DNA from: a virus
Taxonomy: Duplodnaviria; Caudoviricetes
Virus record (IMG/VR): IMGVR_UViG_3300033149_006677
Coordinates: 1-59,819 of that record
Length of the DNA stretch: 59,819 nt
Direction: 5' to 3' (one strand)
The position numbers were made by a program, and so were the translations under genes. Each line of letters begins with the position of its first letter. Position 1 is the first letter of the stretch. The notes below the pieces were generated by a model that was given only the letters and a program-made list of their open reading frames with translations, was not told the origin of the DNA and ran no database searches. Of the stretch, positions 1 through 8,887 are shown piece by piece.

Positions 1-114
1 ACATTATGTCAACTGAACATATGTTCTATAGAACAGGCGTTCTATTGACATAATAGTGGAACAAATGTTCTATTGACATAACGCATTCGAACATATGTTC
101 TAAATGGCCCTAGC
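1..114. repeat. Direct terminal repeat, left copy (genome circularity or assembly overlap)
   Basis: 1-114 is identical to 59706-59819. Confidence 0.95.
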
Positions 115-132
115 CCGCTAGAACATATGTTC
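15..132. promoter_or_regulatory. Array of five LexA (SOS/Cheo-type) boxes GAAC-N4-GTTC
   Basis: GAACATATGTTC 15-26, GAACAGGCGTTC 31-42, GAACAAATGTTC 59-70, GAACATATGTTC 89-100 and 121-132; matches the Gram-positive/Chloroflexota LexA consensus. Confidence 0.75.
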
Positions 133-143
133 TAGCGGGCTAG
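110..143. repeat. Perfect 34-bp palindrome centred on a LexA box
   Basis: CTAGCCCGCTAGAACAT|ATGTTCTAGCGGGCTAG. Confidence 0.9.
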
Positions 144-183
144 TTTGTGTTGGGGCAAGTGCGTGTTTTTCTCAAGTGCTGCC

Positions 184-564
184 TTACTCGAACTTGACGC
201 CATACTTGGCGCAAAAGCGCTTGACGTACTCGATAACGTCTTTATTGACTGCTGCGCTTGCCTTTGCGTCTATCATACTGGGCAAGCTTTGCGCGCAAGC
301 TTTGCCCGTTCGCCAGTCCACAATAGCGCTTTTTATTCTGTAGCACTTGGTGTTTTCGAACAAGTAGGCCACAAAGTAGGCAAAGTGCCAAAAACAAGGT
401 CTTGCCAAAGTGCGCCCGTTCTTGCCCAAAGCCTTTGGGCAAGTGTTGGCAAGTAGTCTAAACTTGAGACTACGTCCTACTTGGCGCACTTGCGCGCTTG
501 GTCTAGTGCCCGTTGCCCGAAAAGCTTTCTCAAGCTCATCCGTAGTGACGCCCCAAACGTTCAC
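184..564 (-). CDS. Early hypothetical protein (basic, 126 aa)
   Basis: GTG start, GAAAGGGGG RBS, own sigma70 promoter. Confidence 0.7.
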   Translation of the reverse strand: MNVWGVTTDELEKAFRATGTRPSAQVRQVGRSLKFRLLANTCPKALGKNGRTLARPCFWHFAYFVAYLFENTKCYRIKSAIVDWRTGKACAQSLPSMIDAKASAAVNKDVIEYVKRFCAKYGVKFE

Positions 565-611
565 AGTGCCCCCTTTCTATTCTGTTTTTAAAGTGCCCCA
601 AACACAGCCCA

Positions 612-640
612 AGCCTAGCATAAAAGCGCTTTTTTGTCAA
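612..640 (-). promoter_or_regulatory. Sigma70 promoter
   Basis: TTGACA-N17-TAGGCT with extended -10 TG. Confidence 0.7.
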
Positions 641-701
641 AAACACAAAAACGACACACGATAAAGCGTCGTGTGTCGTTCGGAACGGAACGCTTTGTAG
701 T

Positions 702-983
702 TTAAGCGTAGTTTAAAGTGTCCTCTATTTGTTCCAGTTTGTCCTGCAAGCGTATAATAGCGTCTATCGCTTGCTTGTCGTTGACAACGACAAGCTTTTC
801 GTTGTCGTTTGGCCATACAACGTCGCAAAGTGTTTCTAGTAAGCGTTGCGCTTGTATTACTTGTTCCCAAGCGTTACTTATTGCGTCTTGTAGTTCCTCT
901 TTGCGACGTACAATATAAGTAACGTCGCCAAGTGCGTCTTGTAGTGATAGCAAAACGTCGCTAGTGTTAACGTACGTAGTCAC
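702..983 (-). CDS. Early acidic helical protein (93 aa)
   Basis: GTG start, GGAGGTG RBS, upstream TTGTGC-N17-TATCGT promoter (1038-1066). Confidence 0.75.
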   Translation of the reverse strand: MTTYVNTSDVLLSLQDALGDVTYIVRRKEELQDAISNAWEQVIQAQRLLETLCDVVWPNDNEKLVVVNDKQAIDAIIRLQDKLEQIEDTLNYA

Positions 984-1598
984 TTTGTCACCTCCGTCGC
1001 TCCGTGTTCACTTGTGCGTTCCGTTCCGTTCACACCAACGATAACACGTCTTGCGCCAAAGCACAACCGCAAAAACGCTTAGAGCGTCTAAGCATATATG
1101 CTTATATGCTTTTGTGACAACGTTGTAACTATTTTTGTGACAGTATGTCACTATCGCTTGTCGTTTTGCTTGTGACAGCGTTTGTCGTTACTGCACTACA
1201 AAACCAGAGAAACCAGATATTTTTTGTCCTGTTTTGCGACACTAGCCAAACTAGAGAAAGCGGATACTTTTTGTCCTGTTTGTCGCCATAAAGCGGACAA
1301 AATAGCTCTTTTTTGTCAACTTTACAATAACGACTTGACAATAAGGCCGGTACCCCCTCTTGACATAATAAGTGGTCGGCCTAACCCCCTCCCGCGCCAT
1401 TTCTGCACTTTTCACTTGACACACTTGCTCTTTATCAAAACGACGGCACCCGTTATAGATACCGTCGTGAACATTATGCGTGTCAAGCACGATAAGGGCA
1501 CGTAGTGCCCATTATGCGGTCTGGGTTTTGCCCCTCAGATTTGGAATGAAGCGTTATAGTGAGATTTTAACTTGACACATCCCAAAGTTAGGGACACA

Positions 1599-2060
1599 CT
1601 AATAGAGGAACCAATATCCTTCCACGTTAACGATAGTCCCCTCGCTAGCTGAGGGCTGGCCATTTGTTACGACGATGTAGAGATAGCCCAAGCCTGTTTT
1701 CCCCTCACGCCCTAGGCAAAAGCTCATAGTTCCGTCTCTAGCATCTCTCCATGCATGTGGGATATGGGGCACGTTAAGCTTGGGGCAGAAGTGAACACAG
1801 CCTGTACGGTTATAACCAGCGAAGCGAAAGCTATGAGCATTAGCAAGTCTATATACCCAGTCAGTCACATACTCTTTGACCTCATCCTCAAGGTCAAAGA
1901 CACGGATCGCCTCTTCGAGATGGTTCATAATCCAGACTTGTGTTTCCTTTGGTAGGGTCTTCTTATTATCGTTAAGAATCCTTACAAGCTGATTATGGAC
2001 CACGGAGACGACTTCATTCTTAAGATCGAACAGCTTGATCAATTCATGAGTAGTAGCCAT
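1599..2060 (-). CDS. Hypothetical protein
   Basis: ORF with AAGGAG RBS. Confidence 0.7.
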   Translation of the reverse strand: MATTHELIKLFDLKNEVVSVVHNQLVRILNDNKKTLPKETQVWIMNHLEEAIRVFDLEDEVKEYVTDWVYRLANAHSFRFAGYNRTGCVHFCPKLNVPHIPHAWRDARDGTMSFCLGREGKTGLGYLYIVVTNGQPSASEGTIVNVEGYWFLY

Positions 2061-2072
2061 TAGTTTTTCTCC

Positions 2073-2456
2073 TTATGGTTGAGAACACACGTAAGCTTTG
2101 CCGAAAGCATCGAAGAGTGAACGGATGGTGTGTTCAGCAACTTCTTTACACTGGCGACAATCCTCGAACGTAAACGGTTGGCGCTGGCGGATGGTACATA
2201 TAGCGTCGGTGACATCCTTATCGATGTCCACGAGAGAAGCGTAGAGGACATTCATACCCTTGGTGGTGTTGTCCTCTGGTGGTAGCAAAGGCAATCTTTG
2301 TTCGAGCGCCTCAATGCACTGAGTGAGAATCTCGTGAGTGACGGAGAGATAACTCAGCTGAGACACGACGATAGGATAATCCTTTGCCTCTTGGAGATAA
2401 TAGAGACAATAGAGTATTTGAGTGGGGTCTACGCCGGTAAGTTCTTTACTGAACAT
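2073..2456 (-). CDS. Hypothetical protein
   Basis: ORF with AAGGAG RBS. Confidence 0.7.
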   Translation of the reverse strand: MFSKELTGVDPTQILYCLYYLQEAKDYPIVVSQLSYLSVTHEILTQCIEALEQRLPLLPPEDNTTKGMNVLYASLVDIDKDVTDAICTIRQRQPFTFEDCRQCKEVAEHTIRSLFDAFGKAYVCSQP

Positions 2457-2521
2457 CGATGCTCCTTTACATTATGCTAGCCGAATGATTTGCAAGCCCA
2501 TATCCTATTTCCTCCCAACAC

Positions 2522-3010
2522 TTACTCTGAGTTCGGATGGCGTTTGCGAATCCATATTTCACACTTCCTCTTCCGCTTTGGCATTTCCTTTGGCGTATCA
2601 GTAACGCTTAAGGAAAACCACGGAGGACATCCTTTAGATTTCCAAAGATTGAACAGAAAATCGAAATCTGGCCGGAGATACGCGTCTGCTGTACTGTCCC
2701 ATGCAAACTTTATCACTTGCCAATCAGGGGGAGCATGCTCAATATGGTAGACATCTACCTCAACGAGCTGCGTGTCCTTAAATAAATCCCCAAGGGCACG
2801 AGCAGACGACTCTGTGATACCGACCTCTATGTAAGTAAGATCGGGAAGATTAACATTGATATACCTATGCTTGATCTCATCTCCATACAATTCACGTGTT
2901 AGGTCGAGAAGGCGCAAGCCGCCAGTATAGTCTTTGTGTACACCATAGGGTACGTATACCTTTGGCTTGCCATCCTCAGTTAGAAAATTGAAGCGAACAT
3001 AGAATTCCAT
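2522..3010 (-). CDS. Hypothetical protein, paralog of 3022-3432
   Basis: VRFxFLTED...GGLRLLD...ARALGDLF shared with neighbour. Confidence 0.75.
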   Translation of the reverse strand: MEFYVRFNFLTEDGKPKVYVPYGVHKDYTGGLRLLDLTRELYGDEIKHRYINVNLPDLTYIEVGITESSARALGDLFKDTQLVEVDVYHIEHAPPDWQVIKFAWDSTADAYLRPDFDFLFNLWKSKGCPPWFSLSVTDTPKEMPKRKRKCEIWIRKRHPNSE

Positions 3011-3021
3011 TCTACATCTCC

Positions 3022-3432
3022 TTATGCTTCTGGGCCCAAGTAAAGCTCTTTGGGACAACCTTTGGCTTTCCACGTCTCAAGCAGAAATTGACTACTCGGA
3101 TATATCGTAGCGACTATGTCTCCCTCTTCCATTTCCGTTTGCCACACAGAGGGAGCATATTTGATATAGTAGACTTGTACATCTACCAAGTGCACATCCG
3201 CAAACAAATCGCCGAGGGCTCGCGCTTCAGCCTCTGGAAGCTCGACCTCTACAGAAGTTGCAGTGTAAGATTGGACATACACATCCTTTGGGCGAACATC
3301 TTCACCATATTTAGCTCGCACCTCATCGAGTAACCGCAAGCCGCCGATACACTCTTCATCAATACCATGAGGCTTATACCTATCTAGTCTGTTATCCTCT
3401 GTTAGAAAAGTAAAGCGAACTACAAAATTCAT
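3022..3432 (-). CDS. Hypothetical protein, paralog of 2522-3010
   Basis: Same motifs; AAGGAG RBS. Confidence 0.75.
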   Translation of the reverse strand: MNFVVRFTFLTEDNRLDRYKPHGIDEECIGGLRLLDEVRAKYGEDVRPKDVYVQSYTATSVEVELPEAEARALGDLFADVHLVDVQVYYIKYAPSVWQTEMEEGDIVATIYPSSQFLLETWKAKGCPKELYLGPEA

Positions 3433-3538
3433 CTTATATCTCCTTTCCAAGACATGCGATGATCAGCGCCATAACAGCGCCAACCAGTGAAACGATACTT
3501 AACGCCAAAGCTACTTCTTCCATTACCACATTCTCCTC

Positions 3539-3973
3539 TTAGTCATCGGACTGCGCCGACTCTTCCCACTTTCTGTTTACATCGCCAATCAGCTCCACAA
3601 TTAGCGTATGCAGAGAAATAATCAATTCTTTTCTCGCCTCAGCCGTAGTCGCGACATCGCCTTGTAACACCGAAACAAGTACAGCCAATATGCCCTCTAT
3701 CTTGCTTCTAAGTATGGAGCCTGGATCAACACATGGATCGCCTCCTTTCCTCCTTTCAATGTCAAATAGCTCTATGATATGCCTGTAGTCATCATAGTAG
3801 CCCTCTAGAGTATAGGCGTATCGGCAGCTGGCATCTGTATCCCTGGTTAAGTACATACCCTGAAGAGCATTCATCAGTTCTGATTCTATCCGTTTGCGCA
3901 TGGCACCTCGCATATTCAATTCCTCTAAACCCATCTCTTCTCTTTGGCGAGACTCACTAGAACAAATCCTCAT
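3539..3973 (-). CDS. Hypothetical protein
   Basis: Distal part of ORF 3539-4225; start uncertain. Confidence 0.55.
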   Translation of the reverse strand: MRICSSESRQREEMGLEELNMRGAMRKRIESELMNALQGMYLTRDTDASCRYAYTLEGYYDDYRHIIELFDIERRKGGDPCVDPGSILRSKIEGILAVLVSVLQGDVATTAEARKELIISLHTLIVELIGDVNRKWEESAQSDD

Positions 3974-3977
3974 CGCC

Positions 3978-4232
3978 CTACCACCCCCATTTATCCAAGT
4001 ATTCTTGTCGGCGAATGTTATCCATAACCTCTTCCTCAATATCCTTTGGCAATCGAGAAATATATCGAGTAAACTTAGTACCACGAGGCAAATGCCGTGG
4101 TGTAAGACATCGCTGCCCCCAGGCCGGATGAAGTCCGCAAAACACGTGTACCCACATTTTGTATTGAGGATAATACTTGTAAATATCCTCATGAAGAGGA
4201 TATTCGCTCCAGCGCATAATACCAAATTTCAT
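3978..4232 (-). CDS. Hypothetical protein, paralog of 55381-55626
   Basis: WS..H.DIY..W...C...RCL....RG.KFT shared. Confidence 0.7.
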   Translation of the reverse strand: MKFGIMRWSEYPLHEDIYKYYPQYKMWVHVFCGLHPAWGQRCLTPRHLPRGTKFTRYISRLPKDIEEEVMDNIRRQEYLDKWGW

Positions 4233-4320
4233 CTTACCCTCTCCATTTCCACTGGTCCCATTGTAATGCTGAGAATTAGAAATAGTGTTTCCATATCACC
4301 TTGCCCTCCTTTCTAGCTAT

Positions 4321-4349
4321 ACTATAGCACACTTTTGTATCTTTGTCAA
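4321..4349 (-). promoter_or_regulatory. Sigma70 promoter for leftward genes
   Basis: TTGACA-N17-TATAGT with TG. Confidence 0.8.
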
Positions 4350-4477
4350 GAGACGCCAAAACACGTATTTGCCTTGCGCATTTGGCAACATGGCACTATA
4401 CTACAAGCAGTCTCGTCTGCCATGTGCAGAAGGAGCAATCGGGAGTAGTGTGCTTGACACTACTCCCAGCACAGCCA

Positions 4478-4506
4478 TTGACACCTCCTATATAGTCATG
4501 TATACT
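4478..4506 (+). promoter_or_regulatory. Sigma70 promoter for the packaging/structural operon
   Basis: TTGACA-N17-TATACT; preceded by a hairpin at 4441-4467. Confidence 0.75.
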
Positions 4507-4517
4507 TGAAGTAGATT

Positions 4518-4925
4518 ATGTCAAGGAGGAAAGCTATGCCGCTACCCAAGGGCAGCTTTGATGTTACAAAAGAAGAGGTGCAGCGCGCTATTGAATCGTC
4601 TCGTAGCGGCTTGCTGACAGATATTGCACAGAGACTTGGTGTTTCGCGTGCCGCGCTGTCGAAGTATCTAAAATACTGGCCCGATCTTGAGGAGCTACGG
4701 CAGCAGAAGAGAGAGACGTTTTTGGACCTTGCCGAGGATAAGCTGATGGGGCTCGTAGAGAATGGCGACCGCAAAGCTATCTTCTTCACCTTGGAGCGAC
4801 TAGGCAAGAATCGTGGTTATTATCGCCAAGAGGAACGCAATGTAACGCAGCGTGTAGTTATGGACGTAACCTATACCGATGAAGCACCAAAGACGGTAGT
4901 AGAGATGGACGATGACAATCGTTAG
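4518..4925 (+). CDS. terS: Terminase small subunit (HTH)
   Basis: HTH (IAQRLGVSRAALSKY), directly upstream of TerL. Confidence 0.75.
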   Translation: MSRRKAMPLPKGSFDVTKEEVQRAIESSRSGLLTDIAQRLGVSRAALSKYLKYWPDLEELRQQKRETFLDLAEDKLMGLVENGDRKAIFFTLERLGKNRGYYRQEERNVTQRVVMDVTYTDEAPKTVVEMDDDNR

Positions 4926-6207
4926 AGAGGTTCGACTTAACATAAAATTGCCGAGGCCACATCCGAAGCAGAAAGAGATCAAGGATAGCCCAGCGAAGCG
5001 CAAGGTGATCTGTGCTGGTCGCCAGGCTGGTAAAACTACACTTGCTGCTATGGCTGCGATCGAGAGCGCACTAAGAGGTGGCCATGTGTTATATGCCGCG
5101 CCGACGGCGATGCAGACACAACAGGTGTGGGACTATTGCAAGACCTGGTTAGACGAGCCCATAAGCATGGGCTTTATTCGTAAAAACGAAACGGACCGCG
5201 TTCTGGAATTTCCTATACATGCCAGACATAACGGCGTCAGGGGAAGGATCCGTTGCGTTACCGCCTGGAATGCTAGCCACTTGCGCGGCGGGCATGAGAA
5301 TATGCTTATCCTGGACGAGTTTGCTCATATGGATGAAGAGGTCTGGTCTATGGTTGGCGCGCCGATGTTGCTTCGCACGAACGGCGTGGCCTGGTTCATC
5401 TCTACACCCAATCGCAGAAACCACTTCTATAAATACTATCTGCAGGCTATGGAGGATGGCAAGCGCTGGCAAGCCTGGCACTTTACAAGCCATGATAACC
5501 CATATCTAAGCAAAAGCGCGCTGGAAGAGATCACCAAGGATATGACGCGCAGCGAATATCTACAAGAGATCATGGCCGAGTTTCTGCCCGATAGTGGTAC
5601 GGTCTTTAGGAATATCGCTAACTGCATGAAGGCGCAACCGACTACTCCGCAAGAGCATGAGGGACATACTATTATCGCTGGTATTGACTGGGGAAGGACC
5701 AACGACTACACAGCAATATCTATTGTCTGTGCAGATTGCCGCTACGAGCTGGATAGAGCTAGGTACAGGCACATGGATACGTTAGAGCAGATTTCGAGGA
5801 TCAAAGAGCTGGTACATCGCTGGAACGTCATGTTTATGATCCCCGAGCAGAATTCTATTGGTATGCCTATTATCGATATGATATTAGACGATGAGGGATT
5901 CAAGGGTGTGCGCGTGGAGCCGATCACGGTTTCTGGAAAGAATAAGCAGGGGTTAGTGAGAGCCCTGGCACTGGCACTGGAAAGAGAAGAGTTTTTCTGG
6001 CAGCAGGACCCAGAGCTTGGCGTTAGAGACCCGTGGACACAGGAGCTAATGGCTTATGAGGAGCACGTAAATCCGAAGACGAATGTCGCTACATATAGTG
6101 CGCCAGCGGGGATGCACGATGATACTGTTGTCGCTAGGATGTTGGCCTACTATGGCTTGGATATTTGTGCTCCGATCTCTATATCAGATGTAACCTTTTG
6201 GGATTAG
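4912..6207 (+). CDS. terL: Terminase large subunit
   Basis: Walker A GRQAGKT, Walker B LILDE, ISTP, nuclease GIDWG...HDD. Confidence 0.95.
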   Translation: MTIVREVRLNIKLPRPHPKQKEIKDSPAKRKVICAGRQAGKTTLAAMAAIESALRGGHVLYAAPTAMQTQQVWDYCKTWLDEPISMGFIRKNETDRVLEFPIHARHNGVRGRIRCVTAWNASHLRGGHENMLILDEFAHMDEEVWSMVGAPMLLRTNGVAWFISTPNRRNHFYKYYLQAMEDGKRWQAWHFTSHDNPYLSKSALEEITKDMTRSEYLQEIMAEFLPDSGTVFRNIANCMKAQPTTPQEHEGHTIIAGIDWGRTNDYTAISIVCADCRYELDRARYRHMDTLEQISRIKELVHRWNVMFMIPEQNSIGMPIIDMILDDEGFKGVRVEPITVSGKNKQGLVRALALALEREEFFWQQDPELGVRDPWTQELMAYEEHVNPKTNVATYSAPAGMHDDTVVARMLAYYGLDICAPISISDVTFWD

Positions 6208-6212
6208 GAGAT

Positions 6213-7661
6213 ATGGCTACACTTTGGGAAAAGATTCTAAAGGCGCTTGGATTAACCAAGGAGAAACAGGACGATGGCCTACGAGCTATCTATGAGAACG
6301 AGCTCTATGAGGATTTGTCTCTAGAGGACAAAAAGCGTCTGGAGAAGTATGAAGCTGCGTGGCGTTATTATCGCGGCGAGCATAAGCCACAGCTCAAAAC
6401 CATTTCTGGTCTTTCTAACGATAACGTAATTCTTAACTACTCTAGGCGCATTGTCGATAAGGGCGTGTCCTTCCTCTTTGGGAAAGAGGTTGAGTTCCAA
6501 ATCGAAGAAGGGCGTGAAACTGAAGCCGAACGAGCACTGAATCGGATTTGGGGGCCAGAGAATAAGCGTGGGGCGTTTCTAAATGAGTTGGCCATTAATG
6601 GTGCCGTTTGTGGTACGTTCTATATTCAAATCGTTCCTTCACCAGTTGAGGGTGAGCCGCCGAGGTTGATCAATCTGAATCCAGCAGTAGTCTTCCCTAT
6701 TTATAACCCGATGGATGTAGACGACGTTTTGGTCTATGAGTTGCGCTACTTGGTTGGCCGCAAGATTAGACGGCAGGTTTGGGCTATCAGTGAGAATAGG
6801 CAAAACTGGATTTTCTGGACAGAGGAAAAGCAGCGAAATAAATGGGTGCTTATTCCGATGCCCGTTATGAATGCTTATGGTCAAGTAGAGATGTCCACAG
6901 AGCCTCAAACTTGGCCTTATCCTTGGGCGCCGATCGTGGCTGGGAAAAACCTGCCTAATCCCAACAGCTTTTTCGGTCTGAGCGATCTGGAAGATGCCGA
7001 CGTGAACGATGCTATTAACTTTGTTGCCTCGAACACGAACCGTATTTTGAAGATCTATGCCCATCCAGTTGTCTGGGGGCGAAATATGGGGCGAGATAAG
7101 CTGATTGACTGGACGCCAGGGAAGGCGCTGAACCTGGGGCCTTCGGGCGAGATGCATGCACTTGAGATGGAAAGCGATATGGCCGCAAGCCGCGACCACC
7201 TGAAACAGCTTATTAAAGCCTATCACGAGATCGTCAGGGTGCCCGAAAACGACCCAGAGTCTCTTCGCCTTGGTTCTATGTCTGGCTTTGCGCTGAGGAT
7301 CCTATATAGCGATCTGATTGAGAAGACGGAAACCAAGAGAAGACTATATGGCGATGCGCTGGTGCGGGTATCGCAATATGCATTGGAGCTTATGGGTTAT
7401 CCTAACCAGAACGTGAAGATTCACTGGCAAGATCCGCTACCAGTGGACGAGAGGGCAGAGATTGAGCGCGATCGATTTGACCTGGAATATGGTCTGGCAA
7501 GTAGAGAAACCGTTATGATGCGCAGAGGGCTTGACCCCGCAGTAGAAAGAGAGCGGATCGCCGCTGAGCAAGCCCAAAGCGGAGAAATTGGCGCAATGCT
7601 ATTGAGGGAGTTCGAAACTGGACGACAACAAGCGGAAGCAGAGGCGCTCACCATCGAGTGA
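6213..7661 (+). CDS. Portal protein (SPP1 gp6-like)
   Basis: YYRGEH, NYSRRIVD...FLFG, SGFALR motifs; position after TerL. Confidence 0.9.
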   Translation: MATLWEKILKALGLTKEKQDDGLRAIYENELYEDLSLEDKKRLEKYEAAWRYYRGEHKPQLKTISGLSNDNVILNYSRRIVDKGVSFLFGKEVEFQIEEGRETEAERALNRIWGPENKRGAFLNELAINGAVCGTFYIQIVPSPVEGEPPRLINLNPAVVFPIYNPMDVDDVLVYELRYLVGRKIRRQVWAISENRQNWIFWTEEKQRNKWVLIPMPVMNAYGQVEMSTEPQTWPYPWAPIVAGKNLPNPNSFFGLSDLEDADVNDAINFVASNTNRILKIYAHPVVWGRNMGRDKLIDWTPGKALNLGPSGEMHALEMESDMAASRDHLKQLIKAYHEIVRVPENDPESLRLGSMSGFALRILYSDLIEKTETKRRLYGDALVRVSQYALELMGYPNQNVKIHWQDPLPVDERAEIERDRFDLEYGLASRETVMMRRGLDPAVERERIAAEQAQSGEIGAMLLREFETGRQQAEAEALTIE

Positions 7662-7704
7662 GCTAACGGGTCTGTATCTAGCCCTTACTAGACCAGCGAT
7701 AAAC

Positions 7705-8577
7705 ATGATTCAGTCGTTATTGCTGGCGGTTAGGGAAGCACGGGCCAACAATAAGAGAATAACGATTCCCAGCATTAGGCGTCTGGAGCTATTCCAAAGG
7801 GGAATGCGCGAGACGGCCGAGGCAATGCAGGAATTCACACGTCAGATTGAGCCGATCCTTTATTCCGAGGTGGAGTTCGGCTTGCGATCTGGATTGCATG
7901 ATGGCATCGTGAGGTTGCGGCGGAAGGCGCCCAATATCCCCTTCGCTGAGCTTTCAGAGGAGGGCCAAGACGCCTTTATAGAAGCCTATATGCGTAGATT
8001 ACCGATCAGAGAAGATACTTTGGCGCGCTTCCCTGAAAAGCATCAGAAACATATTGAGAAGAGCATACTGTTTTTGCTCCTCTCCTCTCTTGGCACGAGT
8101 GTCGTGTATGATAGAATCTACGATATTTTTGGAAAGCCATTGACGAATGCATTGCGGATTATAGATCACGAACAGTTTCGTGCTTATCGAGAGGCTATGC
8201 TAGCCCAATGGCGATACAACGAGCGATACGTCACGGGATGGATCTGGGTATCGCAGAGAGATTCTCGCACCTGCTTATCTTGCTGGGCGCTAGATGGCAC
8301 CTGGTTTCCTATCTGGGAGCCATTCTCGGATCATCCCAATGGGCGATGTTATCCAGAGCCTGCTTTGGCGGGAGAAGAGAACCGCTTTGTCGGTCGCGGA
8401 GAGAAAGAATTTATGTCTTTGCCTGAAGACATTCAGCTTGACATAATGGGTCCTGGTAAGTATAATCTATGGCGACAGGGTAAGGTTAAACTGTCCGACT
8501 TCATAGATGAATATAATGATCCATTGTGGGGTCGAATGTATAGAGAAAAGCCCCTAAAAAAATTAAGGGGGGAGTAA
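7705..8577 (+). CDS. Minor head protein (MuF/SPP1 gp7-like)
   Basis: D.RTC..C..LDG...HPNGRC motif. Confidence 0.85.
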   Translation: MIQSLLLAVREARANNKRITIPSIRRLELFQRGMRETAEAMQEFTRQIEPILYSEVEFGLRSGLHDGIVRLRRKAPNIPFAELSEEGQDAFIEAYMRRLPIREDTLARFPEKHQKHIEKSILFLLLSSLGTSVVYDRIYDIFGKPLTNALRIIDHEQFRAYREAMLAQWRYNERYVTGWIWVSQRDSRTCLSCWALDGTWFPIWEPFSDHPNGRCYPEPALAGEENRFVGRGEKEFMSLPEDIQLDIMGPGKYNLWRQGKVKLSDFIDEYNDPLWGRMYREKPLKKLRGE

Positions 8578-8578
8578 A

Positions 8579-8887
8579 ATGCCTTTTACAGATGCACCGT
8601 GGTCTACACCAGAGAGCAAGTTATCGACTCAGGATTTCTGTTCTGTTTGCTTGATTAACTTTAATGAGGGCGACAGAGATACTTGGGTAAAGAGTAAGTG
8701 CAAATTGCCAGTGCGCTCTCGTCCTGGTGCTCCCTATAATAAGAATGCGATTAGAAATGCTATTGCCAGGCTTAGCAAGACAAAGGCGCCGAGAGAGGCC
8801 AAAAGAAAGGCTGCCCGTAAATTGCTTCGTCTAGCTAAAGAGGCTGGGATCCAAACGGGCGAGATGCTTGCAAGGATGGCCAGATAA
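8579..8887 (+). CDS. Small basic head-region protein
   Basis: KLPV...NAIRNAIAR; position. Confidence 0.6.
   Translation: MPFTDAPWSTPESKLSTQDFCSVCLINFNEGDRDTWVKSKCKLPVRSRPGAPYNKNAIRNAIARLSKTKAPREAKRKAARKLLRLAKEAGIQTGEMLARMAR

Noticed and set aside
1-143. CRISPR mini-array
   Set aside because: Repeats are 9-12-bp operator-like motifs with irregular short gaps and no spacer-length unique sequences
110-143. Protelomerase (telRL) site of a linear plasmid prophage
   Set aside because: No protelomerase or partition genes recognised
1359-1388. Complete dif site
   Set aside because: XerD-like arm is present but the GCCGAC segment is out of register for an 11-6-11 site
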